DNA of 63,557 nucleotides, filler included, from Dugesia japonica (taxonomy: Eukaryota): assembly GCA_001938525.1 (NCBI GenBank). It is 5 parts of 5 records of this genome, joined end to end, with 100 filler letters (N's around TTAATTAATTAA, not from the genome) between each part and the next. Parts side by side here need not be neighbours in the genome. Positions count along the whole stretch, not along the records: positions 41,859 to 54,942 come from MQRL01613832.1; positions 55,043 to 63,557 come from MQRL01642674.1; 3 more parts are not named here. One strand, given 5' to 3'. The notes beneath the pieces were generated by a model. The model saw nothing but the letters and a program-made list of their open reading frames with translations, was not told where the DNA came from and did no database searches. Shown in pieces: positions 52,233 to 63,557 of this stretch. The translations under genes were made by a program, and so were the position numbers. The first letter of the stretch is position 1, and each line of letters starts with the position of its first letter.

Positions 52233-53394
52233 ATTGTATTTTTATTACAGCGAATAAAAATTTCTAATTCAACGTTTTGTTTTAAATTTATAAAATTAAT
52301 CAGTTTTTATACACTTTGAAAATTTTATAGAAAGTCGAGTTACTTTTGCTGTGCTAATGAATTTGTTGATAATAAATGTAATTTTTTTTAAATACTTCAT
52401 GGATTTATAAGTTAAAGAAATTCTTATCAGTTTATCAATGTGTGTGTCTAATAATGATATAAGTAGTATTTCATTATTTATGATAAAGGTTTATATATAC
52501 AGTTTATTTGACTGAATCTCCAAATTCATCATCTTCATACATAACAAGTTCTTCAATCAGTTCACAATCTACTTCATCTGTTACTTCAGAAGTGTCTTCA
52601 GATTTCAATGAAGTGGAAAGAATAATAGAAGTTTAATTTTCTCTATATATAATGAATAATGATAATATTAAGGAGTATTTCGTTAAGAAACTAACAAAGT
52701 CACATAGAATTTCGAATGGTAATTTAACCATGAAAACTCGCTTGTTAAACAAATCGGAAGTTGCAGAATATCCATTGAAATGCGAAAAACGCCACATAAA
52801 AAATTTTATTTTAAAATCTAAAAGTTTTAATTTTTCCAGTATTTATGGTAAATGTTTGATTAATTTTTTATACAATATATAAAATGAATTATGAAGTTAT
52901 TAATTATAACTATTTCCGAGTCGTTGAGTTGCATCTCAAAGGTTGTTTTGCATTCAAAATAAAATTACATTTAACAATTGAATATTATAAGTTAAATTAT
53001 TTTAAATGATAATGTGGTTCACATTTCATTTCAAATGTTAATTTTCCTTACAAATTCAATTTTGGAAAATTTTGTTTTTCGTGTAACAAATTTGCGGTTA
53101 CAAATAGAAACTAAACCAATTAAATATTTGATTTAATTAACTGATTTAATCAAGAAAACTTAGAAATATTTTTAGGAGGGTGGTTTTACATTTTTGTCAA
53201 AATTTTTGTATTCGTTTACTAACATAAAACGACGCCAAGTATTAAATGACGTCATTAGTTGATTCTTTAAAGTAAGGAGACAACGTATGGAACTTTTAAA
53301 TTATAATAATAATAACATGAAAATCTTTATACCAGTCTGCTGAAAATTTTCTGTAGAAAAACTTATAATTCTGTCCAAAATGTCGCTCATTCTG

Positions 53395-54600
53395 GATAAT
53401 TAGCCTGGTTTCGTGATTGCATTAAGTATGTGATATTCTCCACATGGACGAAGAGTTCCATCTTTCTTTTTGACAATTACAAGTGGTAAAACCTATTCGC
53501 TGTTAATTGGTTGAATAATATCCTGAGTGATATAATATTTGATTGAGAACGGTTCCTCCTAATCTACAAACTCTTTGTTTTACTAGTGCTCCGAAAGTTT
53601 CTATTCTTAGACAAGTTTGATTTTCAGTACTCATAATATTGTTCTGTTTTCTAAGAATGCATTTGTTGTGGCAATCTACAAATAATCTAAACTTTGACAG
53701 GAAGTCAGATCCTAAGATTAGTCGGCGTACTTCAGCAACTGTGAAAAGCCATGTGAATGTTCCTACAATGCTTGGAATATATAATATTAATTTTCTCTCA
53801 CCAAAACATCGATTTCTACATTGTTAGCAGTAGACATGTCTGATTTTTATTATCTGGCTGGAATAGTTGAATAGAAACAATACTAATGTCAGCACCTGAG
53901 TCCACTAAAAATTTATATTTTAGTTTTTCTGAAAAAACTGGAACTTTGAAGATCGTATTTATAGATTGCGACGACTTTGGTTTGTCTTGGATCTCTTAAA
54001 TTTTTATCATTATCCTGATTCCTTCGTGCTTTAATAGAATTGAGAACTTCTTGAGTTGAATTCACTTCTTCATGGCTTTTGATAATAGAGTTGAGAGAAT
54101 GGGATTCTATTTCTAAATGACAGTCAGCTAGCTTGGCTAGCTAATTCAGATTTTTAGTTTGGTATTGTACCAAATGATGCTGAATATTGATTGACACTGA
54201 CTGCATAAATATGTGTCTGAAAAGGTTTGATGTTTCTGGATTTTCATCAGGCTGCTTAATTTTGAAGAATTGTGTTAGCTCCAATAGAGTTTGAGATGGA
54301 CGCCTGTAACAAACCATTTTTGAATTTGTAAGCCAATTGATTGCCTGAGTCATAAACATTGACGTTTTCGCTAATATGGTATGCTTTAAATTTTCATTAG
54401 GATCATTAGAATGCGAATTTAAATCATATGAATCGATTTCTATTATATCTAGAAGAAAGCTAGTGAGCAGGTGAAAATGCTTTGTCTTTTAATTGCGAAT
54501 GTTGGATAATTCGAAACCTGCATCTACTTGTGTGAACCAAATGATCGGATTCGGAAAATAATTCGGTATTTTCACCTGAACGCGATTTTGTTTTTTGCTT
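53395..54600 (-). mobile_element. Degraded Gypsy gag-protease-RT start (distinct family)
   Basis: VKIPNYFPNPIIWFTQVDAGF (gag), RRPSQ, FLVDSGADIS and ILGSDFL (protease), PLVIVKKKDGTLRPCGEY (RT). Confidence 0.85.
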
Positions 54601-54942
54601 CTGACACCATTGTAGTTAATATCAAATGACATAATTTGAATGAAAAAGAATCCAAATAATTTGAAAAGAATGTATTTCAATAAAATATTTGATAAAAATA
54701 TAAACAAAATTAAATAAATATTTAATATATTTAATTAATTATTTTGTGAATGTAATTTTGAAATTTAATTAGATGTAGAAATGAATTCGTGATTATTAAA
54801 AATTCATCATCTTCAGAATCAACAAACCAATTTTCATCATCTCATTTCTCTTCAAAATTGATATAATCTCTTTCTTCTTTGATGTTACTTGTTCTATACA
54901 TTTAATATGCTTTATTCATCTACTTTCTGTCTATTTTCACCT

Positions 54943-55042
54943 NNNNNNNNNNNNNNNNNNNNNNNNNNNNNNNNNNNNNNNNNNNNTTAATTAATTAANN
55001 NNNNNNNNNNNNNNNNNNNNNNNNNNNNNNNNNNNNNNNNNN
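54943..55042. other. Artificial contig linker
   Basis: 44N-TTAATTAATTAA-44N. Confidence 0.97.
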
Positions 55043-55084
55043 ATTCAGAATTTCATAAAATTAAATAAATTCGTATTTGAATTA

Positions 55085-55190
55085 GTCGCCATTTTGATGG
55101 TCGCCATTTTGATGTAGTCGCTATTTTGATGGTCGCCATTTTAAAGTAGTCGCCATTTTGAACATCGCTATTTTGAAAGCGCCATTTTTG
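55085..55190. repeat. Tandem array of seven (GT)CGCCATTTTG units
   Basis: 15/17-bp units GTCGCCATTTTGATG(TA); the core matches the YY1/Pho motif CAAAATGGCG. Confidence 0.85.
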
Positions 55191-55208
55191 CCTTATACAG
55201 TGATATTA

Positions 55209-55700
55209 TTATAGGTTGAACAAAAAGTTCTTAACGAATTTTAAACAAAAATGAAAAAAAATTGTAATAAATATTTGTGTATAATTAAAAATATAATTTC
55301 CATTATTTCTTTTAACTGGCATACATCTTCCTTATAAGCGATCTATACTTCTCGCAAAAAGTCTGTATTTATAGTAAAAGAAAGCCACAGAATCGATTTA
55401 ACATCACGGGGATCAACGAATGATATCTGGCACAATTAATTTTGAAAAGATCGAAATTTGAAGTAATACAATGGAGTCTTGTCAGTCGACTAAGAATTTC
55501 CCATCCTTGTTCGTGTGTCATCTGCTGTGCTTTTTTGCAGTATGTGCTTTAGGATTGTCATGGTGAAGAACACCCTTTCTGTTGGCTAAAAAAAGATATT
55601 TTTTACTTATTATTTTGATAAACGAGTCAGTTGATTACAGTACATATCGGTTGTAATTGTTTCGCCAGGTGGCAGCAATTAAAATGAATGGATTTTCGAT
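55209..55700 (-). mobile_element. mariner 3' relic
   Basis: LPPGETITTDMYCNQL, VLHHDNPKAH, GWEIL; TIR-like ATAGGTTGAACAAAAAGTTC. Confidence 0.75.
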
Positions 55701-55964
55701 TTAACCAAAACAATTTCTTTAATTCATTTCAATTCATGTAAATATTCTTTATAAATGAGTGTTAAAAATTGTTGATGGTAATGAATAAATCTTAATTAAC
55801 CTCGAGAAAAATTATCATTATGGACATAAATTTTGTAATTCTTATTTTAACAAAATTATCGTAATTTTTAGAATACAAATTAAGTCTATAGTTTAATAAT
55901 TTATGAAAATTTTATATTTTTGATTTTTATTGAATTACTTTGATTAATACTTTTTCAAAAATAG

Positions 55965-56279
55965 ACACACAATTTTGAGCATCTTGATAATATAAGAAAA
56001 ATTACAAAAAGCTTTGGAAATGCTATTGCTAAACTTGTGTTTGATATGAAAGAATCTGTAGATTCTTTAAAACAATTTTATAGATCATTTGATAAAGAAG
56101 AAATATTCCAATTATGGGCTGAGTTAAATAAAACAATATCTGATTATAAAAATGATTCTTTTCCTGAAGCTGTAATGGAAATTCCTGATAATACCAATAA
56201 AATAAATGAAAATCAACTTATTGATATTGATCCAATAACTCCGCCTAATAGAACCTCTACTCCACCTGGAAAGACAGTA
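55965..56279 (+). CDS. FCHO2: FCHo1/2-like F-BAR protein, exon (end of F-BAR)
   Basis: TAG acceptor; EHLDNIRKITKSFGNAI...EEIFQLWAELNKT resembles the FCHo F-BAR terminal helices. Donor position ambiguous (56277 or 56280). Confidence 0.65.
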
Positions 56280-56536
56280 GTAGGTTTAAATAGTTATTAA
56301 TTTTTGTTAATTCATTTTACAAAATATTTATTATTCGTTTACAACTATTTTATTCCTTTCAATTATTAACTTATAATCAAAAATATAAAAATTGAAATAC
56401 AAAAATGACATTAAATTAAATTTTTTTTGATTAACTTATAAATACAAATACCAGATCTCTAATTGTGTTTTACCTCGAGAAAGTTTTGAAAATTAACATA
56501 ACTAATCAATTTACTCATCGAAATGGACATCTAATA

Positions 56537-57720
56537 ATAGTGTGTTCCATAAGTTCGTAGCCACTCAGAGAATTCTTTTTTTTGATTTATTATTCTGTCA
56601 CAATCATGAATTATTTTGCAAATAAATGTATGTTTGATATTTTTATCGTATATTTCGTGTTCATATTTATTTTTCATCAATTTGAATTATTCGTGTCATT
56701 TTTCAGTTAAAGAAAATTGAAGAAATATTGCTTTTAGTGCGTTAATTAGATTTCATTGGTAAAAGGGACTAAGTTCACGAGCTACATTCGCCGAAATTTG
56801 TGCCATAGAAATTGAGGAAACCGTTGGCTATGCAGTAGTATTGATTTGTTTTAAACACTTCAAGAGCGGAAATACTAGTCTTAGTGTTAAATCCCTTTCA
56901 GGAAGTTCAAAGACTCTGAAGCCAGAAGTCTTACACAAAACCGTAGAACTAAAGTACATAGATTATCCGATGGACTTGGAACTTCAAAACCAGTAATGCA
57001 TGGTCACCTAATCCTCGAGAAAGGGAACAATAGTTGTCGAATTGTACCACATGATTTCACTCTTGTGGAAGTTTGCTATAAACTGATTATCAGTCCCCAT
57101 GACTATAGTTTCATCAAACAAATTGTCATACCACAATCCTGATATGAAAAGATAGCAGTAGGAATGTGTACAGTTGATAGGACATGTCATCAAACATAAA
57201 CAGTTCGAATAGAAGATTATATTATGCGCTTGGTGGAACTTTGAAGATTTGTTGCACCTCTATTTGATTCCAAACGCATGTGGAATTAATAGCCGAAATT
57301 TACTCTGAAAAACTAGAAAGAATGTATGAAATTCTGTCCAAATGCTACCCTTCTCTATTCAACGATGGACAAGTTCTCAAACCACTCGTCAGAACGTTGA
57401 AGACCTATATGGCATCTAATTTTTACCCCCATTCAACCTACAGCCAGCACTTAACATCTTCTGATTACTGTCTGTTTATGTCAATATCGCTTTTATTTCG
57501 AGGTTGGCAGTTTGAGAATATTCAGCAGGTTGAAACTAAGGTTCGAAAACTTTTCGATTCTAGTCGCATTGTATCACCGCGGAGTTTTGAAATGGTATGA
57601 GCGATGGCAAAATCCATGTACCATAATAGATTTTATTTTAAATATTAATTATGTTGGTTTCTTTGTATGATTTTTTTTATTTTGTCAATGAAGTATCTAT
57701 GAAATTATAGGATATCACAT
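56537..57720 (+). mobile_element. Degraded mariner element in FCHo intron
   Basis: Imperfect TIRs ATAGTGTGTTCCATAAGTTCGTAG and CTATGAAATTATAGGATATCACAT. Motifs KHFKSGNTSL, ILCAWWN, HSTYSQHLTSSDYCLF. Confidence 0.85.
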
Positions 57721-58117
57721 TAATTTGTTTAATATTGCATATCTATAGATATTTAATTTACTTTATTTATTTCTTATGAACTCATGACCATAATATTTGT
57801 TATATATGTATTACAACTTAATTACTCAGTTATTAGCACAATTTAAAAATAAAATGACACGTAAGCGTAGTAATAAACAAATATACCACATTGACTGTAT
57901 TTAATGGTTTATTATCAATAACAGAAGAAATGTGGTCTCAATAAAAAATCAAAATTTTTCTACTAGTATTTTTATTGAAAAAAAATTTTTTCTTACAAAA
58001 TTAAAAAAAATTTTCTAATTAAATACATAATTGAAATTTCTTTATTGGATTTGTTAAATATATACACTGTATTACATACCCATCATTATTATATACTCAA
58101 TCATAAGCCATAAAAAC

Positions 58118-59100
58118 CAGACAAATCGACACACGACAATTCGAAACATAGACAATTCGACACAGACAAATTGATACATATTTTTGATAATTTAAAATTT
58201 TTTAATATTTTTTATTATTTATGATAACTTTTGCTGGTAATTATAATAAGTCATTTGGTATAATTTTTAATACAATGTATTTTTTGGTATAACTTTTACT
58301 GTATTTTAAAATCCTTTAATGGTTATAATAATAATAAAAACACTAAATATAATCAAAGAACATGTTTATTAACATTTTATAATATCAGCAGTTATATTAA
58401 CTGTAAATAACAATAAAAATTAAAATTTACATTTTACAATTTGTACAAACAATAGTATTATGAACCGAGCATATGTGTTTCTTAAAAATGGAGTATAGCG
58501 TATTATATTTATTGTCTTGTGTATGGACATATATGGAATCTTTTTCTTTTCTTCTTTTGGCTATCCTTAGTTGGAGGTTCTAAGGTTGATGTTGGTAGCT
58601 CAAATTTTTCTTCTTTATTTTGTTGATTTATTTTGCTTTATTTGATCTGAGACTTGAAGGGTGTTTAGTCGTTTCTTTATTTTCTCAAAANCTAGTCTAT
58701 TACCCAAATTCTTTAGAATTGTTCACCGATCAAACATTTTCTTCTCCAATTAATTATTTTCTTTGTAAATTATGTATAAATTTATGTCTATTAAATTAAA
58801 GAGATGGTAAAACATAACTTGCGACCACTTTTTAGTTCTTTTGTCAACACATAATATTGAAAAATAGTAATATTGGTAATGATTATTTGCGACCTAATTT
58901 ACCAATAAACCTATCGCTTCCATAAATACGATATTCATATTGTCATCGTTTTACTTTGACCTCTAATTGTCGTTACGATCAATTAGAGGTTTTCGGATAT
59001 AATTATCGTTAGGGCGAGTTGTGGTATCACCGATTGAAATCTTTGCAATGCAGCCAGAGTATTATTCTGTATAATCATACCACTAGTCTAAAAGTTCTAT
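58118..59100 (-). mobile_element. Possible Mutator-like element relic with GACAATTCGACACA subterminal repeats
   Basis: Four ~15-bp repeats at 58120-58180; weak minus-strand motifs (VNNSKE, KHPS, GCIAKI). Confidence 0.35.
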
Positions 59101-59698
59101 TAAATAATGTAGTGAATATAAAGTTTATTGAAATTAAAATAAATAGTAAAAGTCGGTACTTAGGAATGGATGACACTTAGTGACGTTCAAATATCTTAAC
59201 AACCTTTACAGAATATTTTTGTTTAATGTTTTACGAAACAATTTTTTTACAAATTTGAATGACTCGACATGAAAATTTAATTATGAATTATTATAAATTA
59301 TTTATCTACTGTTTTAAAGCAGTTATGACAAATTTTGAAGAAATATTTTAAATCATCTATAAGTAATTCTTTAATTAGTGAATTAATACGAAGTAATGAA
59401 ATATGAGTTATGTTTTCAATGCCTGAANTNTTAATAATAAAATACGATATTGAATTTTTACAGTTACTATAGACAATTTGGTTTAAAGTTTACTTCTAAT
59501 TTAGTTGGTGAATTAAAAAATTATATTCTTTTGTAACTAGTTAACAAAATGTATGGCGCGTTATTATTTTATATTGGAATTAGTCCCGTAACCCGTCATA
59601 AATAAAGGAAGTTAAATAAATTCCAGTATAATAATTATATTATGATTATATGTATAAATTTAAATAAAATGAAAAATAGTTAATTTATCAACATGCAG

Positions 59699-59945
59699 AA
59701 GAGAAATTTAGAATCACGAAAAATGTCTCATAATGTAACATCAAGTGGGTGTAATGTTACAGATCAAGATATTCCAGATTCAATAAATCAGGATTTGGCT
59801 GTAAATCTTAGAAATAATGAAAAACCTAGCATTCAAAACATTAAGAGTTCAAAAAAGAAACGGTCAATATTTTCATCTTTAATGAAATTCAAATCTACAA
59901 GTAATCTTCCTGATGAAGATGATAAATCTGTAGAAAATGAATATG
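59699..59945 (+). CDS. FCHO2: FCHo-like gene, exon (linker region)
   Basis: CAG acceptor (phase 0) and G|GTAAAA donor (phase 1) match the neighbouring exons. Confidence 0.6.
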
Positions 59946-60215
59946 GTAAAAATTTTATGTTAATTGATATTTATTAATTACTAAAATTTACCAACATTTA
60001 ATAATTACCAAAATTGTTACTATATCTTTNNNNNNNNNNNNNNNNNNNNNNNNNNNNNNNNNNNNNNNNNNNNNNNNNNNNNNNNNNNNNNNNNNNNNNN
60101 NNNNNNNNNNNNNNNNNNNNNNNNNNNNNNNNNNNNNNNNNNNNNNNNNNNNNNNNNNNNNNNNNNNNNNNNNNNNNNNNNNNNNNNNNNNNNNNNNNNN
60201 NNNNNNNNNNNNNNN

Positions 60216-60259
<44 letters not shown>

Positions 60260-60282
60260 TATTACTATTATTACTATTATTA
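60216..60282. repeat. (ATT)n/(ACT) microsatellite
   Basis: Direct reading next to an N gap. Confidence 0.93.
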
Positions 60283-60668
60283 GTTAATAAATTTAATACA
60301 AATACAAGTTGTGTTAATTTAAAAAGATATATATTCATAATATTCAAACAAATTAACTCATATCAACATTTCCTATAAAATAATTCATATAAAATAACCC
60401 ATACCTGTGAAACTCGAAAATAAAAATATAATGGATATCTCCAAATAGTATCACTATCCAAATAATATCACTATACGTGACCGGGGGTTGGTGATACAAT
60501 TTAAATAGGCTCACGACTAAAATAGTATCACCAATTTATTCAAAGCATTTTCACTGTTGCAAGCCATATCCCATTCTGCTTAATTTATAAGGAAATCAAT
60601 TAAATAAATAATATTTCTTCTCTCTAGCATTAAGAAAATAAATAAATAATCGATTTTAAAATTTTAAA

Positions 60669-62150
60669 ATGGGTAAACGAACATTTTCAATTGCTTTTAA
60701 ATAAGGAGTTATTGAGTTTATGCTACAAGGCAAGACATGCTATGCTGCAAAGAAACCTATCGAAGCCAAGAATGAAGAAATATACGATCAACCGATGTTT
60801 CAACAGTTTAGAAACAAGGACAGGTTTACTGAACAAGCTTCATCAATGAAAAGAGCTCCTTGTTCAGGGAAGAAAACTAGTCTTGGATCTATGGAACACA
60901 TTTTACATGATGAAATCAATGATCTCAGAATATGAAAGACGAAAGTTTCTCAAGGATATATTCATGACAGTGAATATTCATGCAATGAATTCATATAGTT
61001 TAAGAATGGGTCAATATCTACTTGGTTATTAAAAATCAGAAATATATCATCCGCATAGCGTTCATACACTAGTGGCTTATTTCCAATAAACATGTCAATC
61101 TATTCCTTAATATTTACCAAAAACAAAGAAGCTAAAGTAGGAGCAAGAGGTGAACNCATAGCAACTCCATCAACTTGTTTGTACAATATTTAAATAATAT
61201 TTTATTGGTAAAAAATATTTCTTTTGGTAAAATAATTAAAAATTAAGCTAAGAGCCACTGAAAACTGAATTATCGAATTCATGAAAAGAAACGGGTTCAG
61301 TCTTAGGTGCACCACCAATTTGAACACTTTATCGGACATTGAATTAATTGCACGTGCTGTTAGATATATGAAATATTTGAAATCTTGTATTGTACATTTA
61401 AATATTCAAAAAACTTTAATTATGGATGAAAATCAGTTGGTATTTTGAGGATGCAAGAATAATCCTGTTGATTTATTCGGTGCATGTTATATTATCATGA
61501 AATCAACTGGCTTTAATTCCATGTAAGTCACAGTAATAATTTCTGTTTGGACACATGTTAGAAAGGCAATTCCATTAGGAATACATTAAGGCAAGAATAG
61601 ATGAATCATTTATAAACAGAGTCGTGTGCCACTCAGTCAAAATCTTGGGTCAATCAATAATTAATTATAAAGTGGATTGACTATAAGTTTCCTATGGTTG
61701 ATGTAAGCAATTGTAAATTTATTGTTTGAAATTATAGTCGAGTACACATAGGCCAACAAATTAATGATCATTGTATTAAGTGAAAGATAAAGATGATCAT
61801 CATTCCATGTGGTTTAACACTATATCTTCAAACCTGAAATATGGGAATTTTTTGCTCATTGAAAGATTTGTAATTTCTGCGCATTAATGAATGGGAAAAC
61901 TATGAATTTGTTGAATATGCTAAAAATGGCAATCAAGGACCACCAGCAGAATCTTTGGTTAATTCGTGGGTGGGCGAGTCTGGGAATGAAATGAAGACTG
62001 AAACTTAACAAAACTCAATAATATCACCTGGTTTTGGTTCAAACTATGAAGACTGACATAAAGCTAAACATGACGTATATGGTAGAAAATTATGTGAGAC
62101 ATGGTCTACCTCAAATCCAGAAGGACAACTCAATAATGAGTTTATTCTTG
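60669..62150 (+). mobile_element. pogo-like transposase pseudogene split by a PLE fragment
   Basis: MGKRTFSIAFK*GVIEF (DNA-binding start), FMKRNGFSLRCTT (CENP-B HTH end), LIMDE..YFED, MKSTGF...VTV (DDE_1). Confidence 0.75.
60930..61190 (-). mobile_element. Penelope-like RT fragment (second PLE family)
   Basis: YKQVDGVAM.SPLAPTLASLFL...YERYADDIFLIF...FLNYMNSLH. Confidence 0.85.
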
Positions 62151-62781
62151 ATAAAAATGACTAATATAAGGAATTCAAATCTTAGATGACGATGAATAAA
62201 GTTTTAACTATTGAATATTAATTGAAGTATAAATATCATAAAATTGTAAATACTGTTACTGTTGTAAACAGAAAATTTACTTTGGCAATGAATTTACTTG
62301 TTTTTTCTTTAAGATTTCATTTTGTAAAAATGAAAGCACCAAATAGTATTACTTCCCAAAGGTCAAAATCTTTTGGTGACACTATCAATTATTTTAAAAA
62401 TATCATTTTTAAAAAATTTGTTTCAGTATAGAATTTAATAATATATTTTTAATATATATGGTAATAAATTCAAAATTATATCTTAATACATTTAATTAAA
62501 TTTCAATACAAATATACATGCTTATAAAAACATTTTAATATATACACACATTTCCAAAAAAATTAAAACAAATTAAAATACAATTTTCGAAATACGAACA
62601 TTTGTATAATCCGTCACTTCTGACCAGGTCCCATTTTTGGCGATTTATACAGACTTTACTGTATATACTAAATCATTTTAAAGATAAATTTTAATATATA
62701 ATAATTTTAATGTACTCTATAAAATTTAAAAATTTCGTAAGGTAATGTAATTTATTTTAATAAAAATTTTAATTTTTTCAG

Positions 62782-63277
62782 AAGAAAATTGGCAGTCCAG
62801 AAATAATTTAAATGCAAATGTTTTAGTGGACGCAGAAGGATATATTATCAGAGAACCGATTGATGATATTCGAAGACTTTCTGAAAGTTCTTCTTCCAAT
62901 TCAAGTTTTGAAAAAAGAATGAAACCTTTAAAAAAAGTTAGACTTTTTTCATAGATAACAAATATTTTGGTCAATAACAAAAGTTGAAAATTTAAATATT
63001 TTTCCAGCTTAACATTAAACCTATTACTGAAATAATAAAACCACCGGATACGGATTCAGAATTAATGCAAGCTGCAATGCAGTTGCCACTCCCAAAAAGA
63101 GAAAAAGATAAAATAGATGTTTCTAAAAGAATATCTAATTTACAAAGATCTGTGAAACCAGTTTCAAGTTTTATGAAAGATAAATTATATCGACGATCAA
63201 TGTCAGTTTCAGAATTAGAAAGTTTGAGAAATGAACTGGACTCCGTTGTTGATAATGAGACAGAAAATAGTGTTGAT
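62782..63277 (+). CDS. FCHO2: FCHo-like gene, exons 62782-62936 and 63008-63277 (continues beyond window)
   Basis: VDAEGYIIREP (cf. FCHo VDEEGYSIKP), Ser-rich tract, then KLNIKP...DSELMQAA (cf. FCHo linker IKP...DEL). Canonical splice sites are in frame. Confidence 0.72.
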
Positions 63278-63557
63278 GTAAGTGTTATTGTTAACTCATG
63301 AGTCTAGATCTAATTTACTTTTCATTTTCATGTTTTTACATTGCATTTTCTTCACATTAAAAAGTATAAATTTCTTTAAAAAATATATTAAATTTTTTAA
63401 ATTTACAGTTAAAAATGTACGTGAATTGGAACTTAACATGATATGAATGAGGCATACTTTTTTCTTTAAACATTAAAACTGAATTTCATTTTATGTACGT
63501 TTTCCAAAATTTTAACTTGAAACTAATTCAGTAAAATTTATATATATATTTTTATAT

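Noticed and set aside
52500-52882. Small gene downstream of Sin3 (acidic minus-strand peptide and plus-strand 76-aa ORF)
   Set aside because: No consistent splice or frame model and no recognisable motif.
1-63557. tRNA, rRNA, spliced-leader RNA or prokaryotic defence operon
   Set aside because: No cloverleaf, rRNA or operon-like signatures were recognised by eye. tRNAscan-SE or Infernal would be needed to exclude them fully.

Overview
Very AT-rich eukaryotic (metazoan-like) draft-genome DNA, not prokaryotic. The 39-47 nt mini-introns plus kb-long TE-filled introns suggest an invertebrate such as a flatworm, which is inference only. The window is five unrelated or unordered contigs joined by identical artificial 100-bp spacers (44N-TTAATTAATTAA-44N) at 9789, 32824, 41759 and 54943. 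Host genes: a complete 2-exon thioredoxin, the 3' part of a PLEKHG1/3-like DH-PH RhoGEF (minus), the first three exons of glycine decarboxylase GLDC (minus), a compact Sin3-like corepressor apparently lacking PAH1/PAH2 (plus), and internal exons of an FCHo-like F-BAR protein (plus). The rest is mostly decayed transposons: Gypsy, Penelope-like (PLE), mariner, maT, pogo, hAT, piggyBac and several MITEs with visible TIRs/TSDs, some nested. The main unannotated signal is a ~150-bp dispersed repeat, seen about 7 times, whose copies reconstruct a minimal type I hammerhead ribozyme (helix I-CUGANGA-helix II-GAA-AAUU-H). Two copies lie downstream of PLE ORF ends and the others are solo, consistent with a ribozyme-bearing PLE pseudo-LTR that also spreads on its own.
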